A DNA stretch of 64,000 bases from Mayamaea pseudoterrestris (Eukaryota). Below are positions 11,282-22,765 of the stretch, one piece after another. The stretch covers positions 682,001 through 746,000 of the forward strand of contig BROI01000002.1 in NCBI GenBank assembly GCA_027923505.1, in the 5' to 3' direction. Every line of letters begins with the position of its first letter. Position 1 is the first letter of the stretch. The notes under the pieces are model-generated. The model was given only the letters and a program-made list of their open reading frames with translations. It did not search any database and was not told where the DNA came from. The position numbers were made by a program, and so were the translations under genes.

Positions 11282-13324
11282 ATGAAATTCTTTGGAAACT
11301 CCTCCAGCAATAAGCGGTCCGAGGATGACACGGAGACGCAGACATCCGACCCCATGAACGATCGCTACGAGGAGCAAACGGGGCTCGATGAGGAAGCGCA
11401 GGAAGTCATGGCGGAGAATCTTGATTTGATGAAAGATATCGTCATGCGGATACGAGAAGACCCAGACTTTGCGAGCAGCATATATAGTGACTGTCCTCGA
11501 CTGCAACATTTACTAGACGATCGGCCTGACTTGCGGCCCGTCTTTGAAGACCCTTATTTAGTGCGAATTAACTTTGAACAAGTCTATCGAGCAGCTGGAG
11601 GCAAACTACCTGAAGATGAAGAAAAGGAAGACCGACTTGGCTGCTTAAAAAAGGCTCTCGCCAAGTTTGTCAACTCGCCCTTTTTCAAATTCCTTCGCTT
11701 CCTCCTGCTGATAAAAAAGATTTACAGCTGCGCCACTGGCAGCAGCATTAGCACCCTGCGCAACATGGTGACCCGATGTGGATGCGATCCAAACCTTTGC
11801 TGCGATCCAAACTCTCCGGACGCCAGTGACGCGGCAAATCACGTTGACGGCGGCGACCCGGACGACTACGTTGGCAACCCGGCCAACGCGGAGCTGCGGG
11901 CCAACTTGTATGCGGCAGCCGATCATATGGAGGATCCAGAAGTGGCCGAGCAAATGAATGACTTGCTCGACAACGACCCCGAGGGACTGCAGGAAGCGAT
12001 TGAAAATGATCCAGACTTGCGTGCCTTGCGCGACTCGAGCCCACTCTGCGCCGAGCTAATGAGTGACCCAGATACCATGCGAGTGCTTGTTGATCCTGAC
12101 AATCTCCGAGCCTTGGGTGACTGTCCCGATCTCATTGAGCAAGACTTTGCCGACCCAAACTGGACGCCACCGGATATTGAATCAGGTGATATGGATGCTG
12201 GTGGTGCTGCAAGTAATGTTGATCCAACGAGCCATGTTGCAGATAGTTCGACTGGTGGTGCGAGTCAAGTCGACGCGGGAGTCTCCTCTCCGGACGCGGC
12301 GGCATCGCCAGCAACGGCGGATGCAGGCGGTGCTAATGGTGCTCCTGCTGCACCCATTGACACTGATGGAGACGGCATTACGGACGACGTTGATGTTGAT
12401 GACGATAACGACGGCATACTAGACGATCAAGACGATGATGCAGACGGCGATGGTGTTCCGGATGAGGAAGAAGCTCCGCCCGAGTATGAGCTTGGAGACA
12501 AGGAAGACGGCGGAAACAACAACAACGGCGGCCCCAAAAAGGCTGGTGGAGGCAACAAGAGCAAGCAGCAACAGCAAGGTGGCGGTGGCGGCTTCATGTC
12601 ACAATTTACATCTGGTCTCACGGACATGATTGCGGGCGAAATCGTTGGAACGTCCTATAGCGACATTATGGGAGGTGGAGACGACTTTGGAGGTTTGGAT
12701 CAAGCGGCCGACCAAGCAGCTGATCAAGCCGCCGACAGTGCTGATCAAGCGAGCAGCGCGGCGGACAATATCAACTCGGCAGCCGCAGCGGCGAGCATGA
12801 TTCCCGACGACGAGCTCGCTCAGGTGAGTGACCAAATCGATACCGTTGGTGCTCAAATGGATCAGCTCGAGAGCGGCCTGGATCAGATGGAAGATGCCGT
12901 CGAGGATACAGATGGAGCCGACGCTGCGAATGGCAGTCAGCAGCCAACAACAACGACTGCAGACAACCGAGCAACAGGTGGGCAAATCGCCGGGGCGGTG
13001 GTGGAAGACGCCATTATCTTTGGTCCATGCTTCTTGCCAGGCGACAAGGACAAGAAGGAAGGCGAGCAGAACGAGGCCATCGCAAAATCAAAGTCCATTG
13101 AAGTTGAGCAAGAAGAAGGTGAGAAGGAAGTCGAGAAGAAGAGTCGCTTTGGTTTCATTGGCAACTTTGCCGGTGCCGTTGGAGGTGCCGCAAAGGAGAC
13201 TTTACTCGGCGCCGTATTGGGAAGCGAACTTGCCGAATGGGCCATCGAGAAGGAAGAAGAGAAGGATGCCGATAAGGAAGGAAAGGAAAAGGAAACCGAG
13301 AAGCAGAAGAGCAAGAAGAGATAG
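11282..13324 (+). CDS. Acidic protein with STI1-like DP-repeat regions and thrombospondin type-3-like Ca-binding repeats
   Basis: 680-aa ORF starting at an ATG, with DP-rich helical repeats and DTDGDGITDDVDVDDDNDGILDDQDDDADGDGVPDEEE. Confidence 0.7.
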   Translation: MKFFGNSSSNKRSEDDTETQTSDPMNDRYEEQTGLDEEAQEVMAENLDLMKDIVMRIREDPDFASSIYSDCPRLQHLLDDRPDLRPVFEDPYLVRINFEQVYRAAGGKLPEDEEKEDRLGCLKKALAKFVNSPFFKFLRFLLLIKKIYSCATGSSISTLRNMVTRCGCDPNLCCDPNSPDASDAANHVDGGDPDDYVGNPANAELRANLYAAADHMEDPEVAEQMNDLLDNDPEGLQEAIENDPDLRALRDSSPLCAELMSDPDTMRVLVDPDNLRALGDCPDLIEQDFADPNWTPPDIESGDMDAGGAASNVDPTSHVADSSTGGASQVDAGVSSPDAAASPATADAGGANGAPAAPIDTDGDGITDDVDVDDDNDGILDDQDDDADGDGVPDEEEAPPEYELGDKEDGGNNNNGGPKKAGGGNKSKQQQQGGGGGFMSQFTSGLTDMIAGEIVGTSYSDIMGGGDDFGGLDQAADQAADQAADSADQASSAADNINSAAAAASMIPDDELAQVSDQIDTVGAQMDQLESGLDQMEDAVEDTDGADAANGSQQPTTTTADNRATGGQIAGAVVEDAIIFGPCFLPGDKDKKEGEQNEAIAKSKSIEVEQEEGEKEVEKKSRFGFIGNFAGAVGGAAKETLLGAVLGSELAEWAIEKEEEKDADKEGKEKETEKQKSKKR

Positions 13325-13546
13325 CAGCTCTTCGCGTATGTCGCTATGCTCTTCAGCATTGTCAGCCAGCATTGGCTGCTTGTATCATAATACATTCGAG
13401 TATAAACTTAATAGCCCACCACACTTTCACAAAATTGTTTTTATTCTAGCCGTAGCTACTGATTGTTTGGCGTTGCAACAAATAGTGTGGTGTTACATTT
13501 TAACTATGTATTATGATGCTTGAACCTCGGATGCAGATACCAGGCA

Positions 13547-15100
13547 CTAACTATCGCTAGCAGCCGCTGACAGCTTCGACGGTACCGTGTACCTATCACC
13601 AAGAAGCATTGCAGTCTTCTGCGCTCCAAACTGCTTGACAAAACCAGAAAGCCAAGGCCTGACGCCATCATCCTTGCCATACGTTTGATGAGCCTTTTGA
13701 TTGTACACTAGCCGACTCCGTCGTTGATCATTTCGACCGCTATATCGCTCCCAGGAACCAATGTAGTGATTCACTCCGATAGGTTGCTTTTTAAACTCGG
13801 TGTATTCGAGCTCCTTGTTCTTTGGACAATACGCTTCGACTGGTCGATGGATGCTGTAGACAACATCTGGAAAGTACTCTTCCGGAATAGCTGCAACATC
13901 GACAATAACTTTAGGATTGCCATGGTAGCTCATGTTGTGAGGCAGTGCGTGATACCTCCACCGCAGCGTCTCAAACTCGGTCGCATTGAAGCCAGACGGC
14001 ACCATTTTCGTAATGCGCTCCGGTTTGCTTTCTACTGACCCAAAGAGCAGTCGCAGCATGGACATGCATGGGTAACTGACCTCGGCTGGAGTCTTGGCAA
14101 CAACTTGTTGTAGCAGGTGGAACATGGATCCAGGTTCCTCCAGAGACGGAATCTTCAAATAGTCGGGCTGCACTTCGCGCAGCAGCTTGCTGGCAATGAC
14201 ATACTCGTCCGTATCAATATGAATTACCCATGATGCGCCCAGTCGTCGATGCTCCTTCATGCACATGGCTAGAAAGACGCGCTGTCGATATCGGTGATTG
14301 GAAATCTCCAACAAGGCTGCCGCTGTCATTTCGTGCGTAAAGTCGCTCTGCTTTTGCAAGTACTCGGCTGGAGGGTAGCCGTTTTTTACAAATTCAGTCG
14401 GCATGTAATCTGGATCGTGCCATTCAATTATTTCCATGTCGGTATGCTTTCGCCAAAGGTCCAAGACTTCGGATGGACTCTCGGTACTGAGTGGATCAAT
14501 CGCAATAATCATTTTCCGTAACTTGAGAACAAAGTAGTGGTAGGCAATCCACTCGCTGAGAATTTCGTTATCATCCTTGATCAACATGCAGGCCGAAAAG
14601 GAGGAGTTTGACGAGAGCGACTCGGCCCGAGGTTTGATTTTGGGTGCATACTTGCGGTTGCGTAGCTTCTTGATATTCTTCCGCACCAGCGGCGTCTCCT
14701 GTCGTGACGTTCGCTCCACTGTCGTCGTTTGCGAAACAACGACTCGCGATTCGTGGCGCTCAAATCCAGCTAGATTCAAATCAGCTGCAACTTCGGCAAG
14801 CTTTATATCGTTGGCGGCAATAATCTCAAAGTGTCGACGGCGGCTTACTCCCTCCATTTCGGAGAGGCGAGATCGCCTCATGAAGAATACATTCGTCCAA
14901 ATAGACAATGAAGCAAGCAGCAGCATGAGAGCGAAGAGGTAGCCCATTTTGCAGCGGATTCGTTGCTGATCGCAGTGCACCTCGCTGCTTAGCGATCGCA
15001 TGAGACCTTGTCGCTTACTGTTGATTGTGGTTGCGGCTGCTGCTGCGGTGGAGTAACTCATCGTTGCGGGTGCGCCCGATGCATGATGTTGATCGCTCAT
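13547..15100 (-). CDS. Type II membrane glycosyltransferase, GT-A fold (GT92/Glyco_tranf_2_4-like)
   Basis: TM anchor, SACMLIKDDNEILSEWIAYH, WVIHIDTDEY (DxD), NPKVIVD, SIHRP and NHYIGSWE. The start is uncertain; the ORF is open to 15421, but that stretch looks like promoter. Confidence 0.75.
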   Translation of the reverse strand: MSDQHHASGAPATMSYSTAAAAATTINSKRQGLMRSLSSEVHCDQQRIRCKMGYLFALMLLLASLSIWTNVFFMRRSRLSEMEGVSRRRHFEIIAANDIKLAEVAADLNLAGFERHESRVVVSQTTTVERTSRQETPLVRKNIKKLRNRKYAPKIKPRAESLSSNSSFSACMLIKDDNEILSEWIAYHYFVLKLRKMIIAIDPLSTESPSEVLDLWRKHTDMEIIEWHDPDYMPTEFVKNGYPPAEYLQKQSDFTHEMTAAALLEISNHRYRQRVFLAMCMKEHRRLGASWVIHIDTDEYVIASKLLREVQPDYLKIPSLEEPGSMFHLLQQVVAKTPAEVSYPCMSMLRLLFGSVESKPERITKMVPSGFNATEFETLRWRYHALPHNMSYHGNPKVIVDVAAIPEEYFPDVVYSIHRPVEAYCPKNKELEYTEFKKQPIGVNHYIGSWERYSGRNDQRRSRLVYNQKAHQTYGKDDGVRPWLSGFVKQFGAQKTAMLLGDRYTVPSKLSAAASDS

Positions 15101-15334
15101 GCGATAATATATTACTGGGCGAGTAGATTGCAAATCAACTTTTTTAATTGAGTTGGGAGTACAAGGGAGCGTCTCCTCTTGGGACAATGCATCCACAAGC
15201 AACTTTCGAACTGACCAAAAATGTATTAGCGATGGCGATCGTTGTGAAAAAGGGTCACGCAACCTCCATGCGATCATGAAAAGACAAAATAAAAGTATCT
15301 TTGCGTACGCGTCCAACAGTTTCCTTCGTTTGAG

Positions 15335-15350
15335 AACCGGTACGACGTCA
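15335..15350 (-). promoter_or_regulatory. Recurrent promoter motif TGACGTCGTACCGGTT between the divergent GT92-like and AKR genes
   Basis: Identical 16-mer to 20273..20288. Confidence 0.55.
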
Positions 15351-15679
15351 TGGATCTTACGACGACGTGTGTGAGCGACCTCGACCATGGCAAAGAATTC
15401 AGGGATAGGAGAGGGTCTCATCCAGCATACAGCAGTAGAGGAAGCAGAACTGGCTGGCTGTGCCTATCAATAAATGATTGAGCAAAAATTGGCTGTGTTA
15501 CTTCTTTCTTGGCCTTGAAGATTCAAAGAAAATTCGTTCACAAAAGTGGCTGTCGTTGCGGTCGAATCCTTTGTCGTCTCTTGTTGTTCCTAAAAGTAAT
15601 TCTACCTACTATTGGTACGTGTCGTCGACTGATATACAACGTCGATAATAGTTGGCATTCAGGCAACTTCTTTATACTA

Positions 15680-16609
15680 ATGATAGCAGTCTCCAACGAC
15701 AACTTCACCCAGAGACCGGACGAGCTAATAGCTAATGAACGGATGTTTGTTTCGGACCGTCCCTACCTCATCTACGGCGCTTCTTCAAAAAATGAACGAA
15801 CTGCAGAGCTTGTCCACTTGGCGATCAAGTGTGGTTTTCGCTATATAGATACAGCTTGCTTTCCCAAAAAGTACAATGAACCAGGTGTTGGCGAGGGATG
15901 GATTGCTGCGGCGCGCAATTTGACCTTGACTCGATCCGAGCTGTTTCTCCAGAAAAAATTTACTTCGTCATGCTACCACGATCCCGACAATCGACCCTAT
16001 AGTGATTCTGGTTCATTGGCAGACAAGGTTAGGAAGTCATTAGAAGTCTCGTTGCGCAATCTCCAGACAGACTACGTTGATTCCCTGTTAATGCACGCAC
16101 CCGAGAAAACGTTGGAAGAGACCATGGTGGTATGGCGAACGATGGAAAGCCTTGTCGACGAAAACAAGGTCCGAAATATTGGTGTCAGCAACTTATATGA
16201 TGTCGAATTCTTCAAAGCCTTTTACGAAAAGGCACGCATCAAGCCATGGGCTGTCCAGAACCGCTTTTACGCTAAAACCAACTTTGATACTGATTTGCGC
16301 GCCTTTTTGAAGAGCGAGGACATAATATATCAGCCTTTTTGGATCTTGTCAGCCAATAAGGATGCTCTGACTACCGAAATAGCCGAGGTTATGGCCAATG
16401 CCAAAGGCCTTACACCACAAACGTTGATGTACGCCTGTCTCGTGCAGCTCGGCTACGCGACGCCACTCGATGGAACGACCAATCTCGAGCACATGCTGGA
16501 GGATGTAGCAGTCATGCAACGATTACAGAAAGGCGAACGGTTCTTTACCGAAGAAGAGATGCATGAATTTGCAAAACTATTGGGAATGCCCCATGTCGAG
16601 TCATTCTAG
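15680..16609 (+). CDS. Aldo/keto reductase family protein
   Basis: GFRYIDTA, YNE, LFLQKKF, SLRNLQTDYVDSLLMH, VRNIGVSN and VQNRF; the D/Y/K/H tetrad is present. The start is uncertain (15680 or 15743). Confidence 0.85.
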   Translation: MIAVSNDNFTQRPDELIANERMFVSDRPYLIYGASSKNERTAELVHLAIKCGFRYIDTACFPKKYNEPGVGEGWIAAARNLTLTRSELFLQKKFTSSCYHDPDNRPYSDSGSLADKVRKSLEVSLRNLQTDYVDSLLMHAPEKTLEETMVVWRTMESLVDENKVRNIGVSNLYDVEFFKAFYEKARIKPWAVQNRFYAKTNFDTDLRAFLKSEDIIYQPFWILSANKDALTTEIAEVMANAKGLTPQTLMYACLVQLGYATPLDGTTNLEHMLEDVAVMQRLQKGERFFTEEEMHEFAKLLGMPHVESF

Positions 16610-16765
16610 TTTAGCAAGTGAGTTAAACCACTTAACATAGTCGTAGATTGTATAAAGGTTAAATTTTTATACATGTCAAGCAGTGTGCTTGAGCTTTTAC
16701 AGGGCCGATCACAATGAATTAGCGATAGCGGATTGAGCAGTCTCTTACCACATTTTCCTCAACCG

Positions 16766-17614
16766 TTACGAATGCACGAGATCCCAAACGAGATCAATTG
16801 TCAAGAATAACGCAAAGAGGCCAACAATGGCGTAGATTGGAATTCGATTCAACACTCGGATACACCCTCCGCATTTCTTGACGAGCGTATCAATCATCAC
16901 CAACACGAGCAAGGATGCCAGCAGCGTGCCAATACATAATTGCACTGGATTGAATACATTGGCAATGATGAGACCAGAAAAGTACGACATTTCGTCAAGA
17001 GATCCGGCAATTGTCAATGTAATGATAGTCCAAGGTTGTACGGCACGTTCGTTGGAATGCAACGGGTCATCTGACGACTCGTCCGGTAGTAGCAAGGGCG
17101 TCGCTAGCTCGTTACTATTAGTTGCGACAAGAATCAGCATATCCGAAGAGTTAACAGTACCCACAATGTGGCTGAGAGTGTCTTCCGAGATTTGGGCGTC
17201 ATCTGGTCGATTTATTGGCGTAAACATATCTGAATCATGCTCCGAATCTGCATCCTCACTTGCAGCACCAGCCCTTCGAGCTGCCCTAACCTTGTAGTAG
17301 TAGTATCCAGCCAAGATCCAGCACACTACTGCTCCTGTCACTTTCGTAATTATTTCCGATGCTTCGTCGTCCTCATCATTCTTGCTCTTGCCACGCCTTG
17401 ACATTTCCGTTCGCAGCAAAACAGCCGCCAGACAAACGGCGACGCTAAGCGACAGCATGGTTACCACAAAGACTAAACCACGAACCAATGCAACGTGCGG
17501 ACTCGTCGCCTGCGCCACGAGAGGTACCAAGAAGGAGCATTCGTCCAGAGCCGTGACGAAAATGGTGAGGGTTGCCCCGGCGACGCCTGCCACGAAGGAA
17601 AGTCCTGCCGTCAT
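16766..17614 (-). CDS. Multi-pass membrane protein, CadD/LysE-superfamily-like putative divalent cation transporter
   Basis: Two 3-TM halves, each starting with a similar acidic motif (TALDECSFLVP and GSLDEMSYFSG), separated by an acidic loop. Confidence 0.5.
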   Translation of the reverse strand: MTAGLSFVAGVAGATLTIFVTALDECSFLVPLVAQATSPHVALVRGLVFVVTMLSLSVAVCLAAVLLRTEMSRRGKSKNDEDDEASEIITKVTGAVVCWILAGYYYYKVRAARRAGAASEDADSEHDSDMFTPINRPDDAQISEDTLSHIVGTVNSSDMLILVATNSNELATPLLLPDESSDDPLHSNERAVQPWTIITLTIAGSLDEMSYFSGLIIANVFNPVQLCIGTLLASLLVLVMIDTLVKKCGGCIRVLNRIPIYAIVGLFALFLTIDLVWDLVHS

Positions 17615-17902
17615 GAATGTTTTAGAACTGTTCTCGGGGTAAAAGTCAGAGGCAGACTCTCAGCATGCATTTAACAAAGCCGCAGGGTTTAAACGTTCAC
17701 GACCATGTCGAAATAATCGCCGATAGTGGTCGCGTTTCGCGGGGGGTCCGTTTCTTTTGCAGCCGGTCGCAGCGTTACTAAGCTTTTGGCGATTTCATAT
17801 ACGTAACCCGTGAAGACTTGCGAACAATTCCACTGTATATGCCAAAGCATATGCTTCTAATAGTCTATTATATAAGCGACAGGTTAATGCGAAAATCTTT
17901 CA

Positions 17903-20191
17903 CTAGGCGGCAGCCACTTCGGCGCCATCCACCACAAATAGCAATGCCGAGTCATTGACCACATCGCCAGCCTTGAAATATATTTGAGCGACAGTGCCAT
18001 CACAGGGAGCCACAATTGAATGCTCCATCTTCATGGCTTCCATGACCACGACGACTTGCCCTTGACAAACCTCATCGCCAACTGAGAATAGGACGCGACT
18101 AATCGTTCCCGGCATGGGAGACTTGACCGTGCCTTCGCCAATGGCTGCGACATGATCAAGCGCACCATGATCCATTGGATTCTTAATGTCCAAAGCAAAA
18201 ACGTATTCTTTCATATTCTGTGGCCACATGCGCACACGAACCACACCATCCTCTGTGCGTAATGCCGTCTCTAGTTGGATGCGTCGCGTATTGTTCACAA
18301 CAACCTCCATCTTGCCATCCAAGTCGAGGGATCCACAAACATAAATTGGCGTAGCTTCTCCCGCTACATACATCTCAAATGACCCGTCGCGGTTGCTGAC
18401 ACATTCAATCGAGCCTGCGCCATCGCCTTCCAGCGAAAGTGTGCGGCGAGCCCGACCCGATTCGCCTCCCATGCGCCATGAGCCGGACCGCGATGACCAA
18501 GGACCGACTGAATCAGAATCATCTACACCAACTCGCTGCTCGAGTAGCAGCATGGCAGCAAAGGCACCAATCGCTTGTGCCATGGTTCCAGGAACTTGGT
18601 CTTCGAACATTTTAACATCGTCGGCATAATCCTCCAAAAAGCCAGTATTTACCTGACCAGCTTTACCAAACGTTGGATGTTGCGCGCATTTGATAAGGAA
18701 ATCAATATTGGTAGGAACTCCGGCAATTTGGTAATTCTTTAACGCCATGACCAGCCTGTCTAGGGCTGCATGGCGTGTGGGGCCGTGCACTATGAGCTTG
18801 GAGATCATTGGGTCATAGTATACAGAAATGTCTTGTCCAGCTTGTAAACCCGTATCGACGCGAACGCCGTCGGAGCTGATACCCGTGTTGATCACAGCGG
18901 GAGGATTGTGTACCCAGACATTGCCAGTGGCAGGAAGAAATCCCCGCGCTGGATTCTCAGCGTAGATGCGAGCTTCAAAGGCATGCCCGGTTGCGCCAAT
19001 GTCGTCCTGATTTGTAATCGGCAGTGTTTGACCAGCTGCAATGCGGAGTTGCCATTCAACGAGATCAATCCCCGTAATCAGCTCTGTGATTGGATGCTCT
19101 ACTTGCAGACGCGTGTTCATTTCGCAGAAGTAAAATTTGTCTTCCTCCGTTGTATCTAACAAAAATTCGACAGTTCCAGCATTGACGTAGCCCACTGCTG
19201 ATGCCGCTCGCTTTCCCATTTCCCCAAGACGCCGCCTCAGCTCAGGGTCCAAGTCTGACGCTGGCGCTTCTTCAATAACCTTTTGGTGCCGGCGCTGTAG
19301 GCTGCAGTCACGTTCAAACAGATGAACAACATTGCCATGCGTGTCAGCAATCACTTGAACCTCAACATGCCGAGGACGCACCAAGTACTTTTCTAGCAAG
19401 ACCCGCGAATCACCAAACGAAGCTTGGCTCTCGCGCTGACAAGACTCCAGAGCAGCCTTGAATTCTCCTTCATTCCAAACCAGTCGCATTCCCTTGCCAC
19501 CTCCACCCATGACAGCCTTGATCAATAGTGGAAATCCAATCTCAACGGCCCGACCCAGCAAGTAGTCGGCATCCTGCGTGTCATCGCCATAGTAGCCAGG
19601 CGTCGTTGGTACACCAGCCGCTTCCATGATAGCCTTGGATTGGGACTTGCTGCCCATGGCATTGATTGCCGACGAGGGTGGACCGACGAATCGCATTCCA
19701 GCATCCGTGACGGCCTCACAAAAGCCTGCATTTTCCGACAAGAAACCGTAGCCCTGTGATTATGGATACAACAAAGCATTAGACCTGTCAGTATTAAGAA
19801 GATGTCAACCAACGAATCTTTCAATATAGGAACGTACTGGATGAATCGCAGCCGCTCCAGATTGACTGGCAATTTCCAAAACCTCGTTCTGCAGCAGATA
19901 CGACTCGCGCGGCGTCGGCCCAGATCCAATCAAGTATGCCTCATCAGCCATGCGAGCATGCAAAGCATTAGGTCCATCGGCAACCGAATAGATTGCAACA
20001 GTCGGAATTCCAAGTTTGCGACACGTTCGAAGCACTCGACAGGCAATTTCGCCGCGATTCGCCACGAGGACCTTTTGTAGAATGGGTTCGGAAATAGCGG
20101 CGCCAGCTGATAGGAGTCGTCGACGGCTGAGTGCATTGTTAAGCAGTAGAGACTGCTGCTGCTTCAAAGCTCGACTGAGTAGAGTCGCCAT
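17903..20191 (-). CDS. MCCC1: Methylcrotonoyl-CoA carboxylase subunit alpha, mitochondrial; intron 19754..19837
   Basis: Mitochondrial-type presequence, KVLVANRGEIACR, AIHP|GYGFLSEN restored by splicing, GGGGKGMR, ERDCSLQRRHQK, EMNTRLQVEHP and the biotinyl motif EAMKM. Confidence 0.9.
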
Positions 20192-20272
20192 GGTGTCAGG
20201 CTTGTTCGGAATCGAAAAGTGGCGACGAAAGAACAAGTGCCAAAAGACGATCGAGATTGTGTCATGCATGAA

Positions 20273-20288
20273 AACCGGTACGACGTCA
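20273..20288 (-). promoter_or_regulatory. Recurrent promoter motif TGACGTCGTACCGGTT upstream of MCCC1
   Basis: Identical 16-mer to 15335..15350; about 80 bp before the ATG. Confidence 0.55.
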
Positions 20289-20624
20289 AAAGGATCCAAA
20301 TTACCGCACGATCCATATAGAGCGGCTCTCCTCCTAATGCAAGCTGACTGCTAGAGTTCAAACATCATTTCAAGAAACAAAAGACAAGATGGAGGCTGAA
20401 CTGCAGAGCTTTCTTCGCCGTACGATAAATGCGGGAGGAACCGAGCTACACTGTTACTATTTACGATGTCTCAAAGACTCATCTACCGGTAGTATGCTAA
20501 AGTGAAGGCTCATTGACCTGATTGTCATTGTAATGGAGTATTTACTACTCGTTAAAGTGGACTTTAAGTGTACGACGGCATGCCTCTGCGCCATAGCATG
20601 TCGCCTGTCAAGCAATGCCACAAA

Positions 20625-20897
20625 TTATCCCTTCTTGGCACGGCCAGGCGTGATGACTTCCCAGAGCGAGACAATGCCAATGAGCATAATGATGCTTCCA
20701 AGCGGCTGCGAAGCAATTTCTGGAATGTTGGGATCAATGAACATCTTGCGGGCTGTTGAAACAGCCTTGTTGGATTGCGTCGGCGTCACCACTTGTGTCA
20801 TAGGGCGGCTCGTCTTCATGGGACGACCAACCGTAAAGGCCGACGCGCCGTTGAACAAGGCCACAGCGGCAATCAGGAAAGTAAAGAGCTTGTTCAT
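20625..20897 (-). CDS. Small plastid-targeted single-TM protein of unknown function (90-aa precursor)
   Basis: Signal peptide ending ASA|F, a basic Thr/Ser-rich transit peptide, then about 39 aa with one hydrophobic helix. Confidence 0.75.
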   Translation of the reverse strand: MNKLFTFLIAAVALFNGASAFTVGRPMKTSRPMTQVVTPTQSNKAVSTARKMFIDPNIPEIASQPLGSIIMLIGIVSLWEVITPGRAKKG

Positions 20898-21224
20898 GGT
20901 TCGCGACTAAGTCTTTGTAATGCTGGTCAACGCCAAGGCGATATGATATGAAACGGACTGCGCGCAATGCGAGGCGAGGTGTCATGAAAGATACGTCCTC
21001 AAAGTGGACAAACCCGGAAATAAATGTTCGGCGCGCCGGGCGAGCCGTTCACATTTTTCCTTGCGAATGATGATGTCGAAGATGTGAATCGCGCCACCCG
21101 AAAGTTCTGTTCCGTCGCGAAACTGAAGGCTTCTGCATCCACATTAGCGTTGACAACTTACTCGTTGCATTCGCCTGCTCTGCGTCAAGTAGACGAACGA
21201 TACAAGGAATTTCAAGTCAATAGC

Positions 21225-22765
21225 ATGAAGTCTTTGAAGGATAACGAAGGAGCTCCTGCGACGGCCATTTCTCCCAACACGGTCGCAGGCTTTGGAGATT
21301 CTCCCGAAGTCTTCCCTCTGCTTCCAAAGCAGATGCAATGGACGACACGGAAAGCATCAAGCAAGTCGATTCGGACCTCGAACCCAATTCGAGCCATTGT
21401 TGATCCTATTGTCAAATCGATTCGCTCGGGGGAGGAGCGAGGCGACGGCAAGAACCATATTTCACTTGCGGTACGCGAAAACGAAATGAACGTGCGTATA
21501 TTTCGAAGTGACACAAGTCTCTGACACGTCATTATAACTCTCTCCTCGTGTTACAGCTCGGAGACCCAACGGCTGCTGGGAATCTACCGCCATGTCCGGT
21601 TGCGATTGAGGCCGTCAATGCGGCTCTCCATTCACCGCTCCACGCGGCAGGCTACGTGAATGCTTGTGGACTACCAACCGCACGCGAGGCCATTGCCGCG
21701 TACCATTCAAGCAATCATCACATTGTACATGCGGATCAAGTCATTGTCGCTTGCGGATGCTCGGGAGCGCTGGAGCTTGCCTTGACGGCATTGCTCGACA
21801 CGGATAGCATTCTCCTCGTACCACAACCCGGCTTTCCGCTCTATCAGGTGATTGCCGAGTCGCATGGAGCAAAAAGTATTCACTATCGCCTCAAGGCGGA
21901 TTCAAGTTGGGAATGCGACTTGGAACATATGCAGGACCTTGTTGATGAGCATGGTTCCAGAATCAGTGGTGTTCTCGTCAACAACCCATCGAATCCGACT
22001 GGCTCAGTCTTTTCGCTGAAACATCTTCAAGATATTGTGACTTTTTGCCAAGAGAATCAGCTGCCAATCGTTGCGGATGAAGTATATGGAGACATTACAT
22101 TCGCTGGGCATGCATTTCATCCAATGGCCAATGTGGCTGCAGCCATGGGACGACACGTCCCTGTTATTACGGCGTCTGGCATTGGCAAGCAATTTTTGTT
22201 GCCTGGCTGGAGAGTCGGATGGATTGTTTTTCAGGATAAGTAAGTAAAACGCGATGTTGGCTGTCGAAACGCCTTTTTGAATGTATCTCACCAATATTTA
22301 CTCAGCATTTTTCACTCAATGCGTGACGTCGAAGATGGCGCAAAGCGCCTTGCACAAGTCGTTCTTGGAGCATCTCACTTGGCCCAGGTGGCAGTGCCGG
22401 CCTTGCTAGACCCATTCAATGACCGCTTACTGAGCTGGAAGACCGGCCTGCGTGGATTACTCGAGTCGCAGGCAAACTTTGTTTGCGCCAAACTTGGAAC
22501 GGTTCCGGGCCTTGAGGTGATCAATCCCGGCGGGGCCATGTATGCGCTGGTGCGAATGGACAGTAGTGTTTTTGATGAAACGATTCCTGATGATATTGCA
22601 TTTAGTCAGGCTCTCATGTTGGAGGAAAACGTGTTTGTTTTACCCGGCTCGTGCTTTGGAGTGGAAAATGTCTTTCGCATTGTATTTTGCGCCCCGATTG
22701 TCGTCTTGGACGAAGCCACTGAACGAATTCAAACATTTTGCCACCGCCATTCGTCGCTTGGATAA
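21225..22765 (+). CDS. TAT: Tyrosine/nicotianamine aminotransferase (class I PLP enzyme); introns 21471..21556 and 22240..22305
   Basis: NPIRAIVD, ISLA|LGDP, PGFPLY, NNPSNPTG, ADEVY and SGIGKQFLLPGWRVGW (PLP Lys). The splices restore the frame. Confidence 0.9.

Noticed and set aside
12828..13523. 231-aa alternative-frame ORF overlapping the acidic protein
   Set aside because: A by-product of biased codon usage in a low-complexity region.
15101..15679. Long N-terminal ORF extensions of the GT92-like and AKR genes
   Set aside because: They would leave almost no divergent promoter, one starts at a non-ATG codon, and the region holds the recurrent promoter motif.
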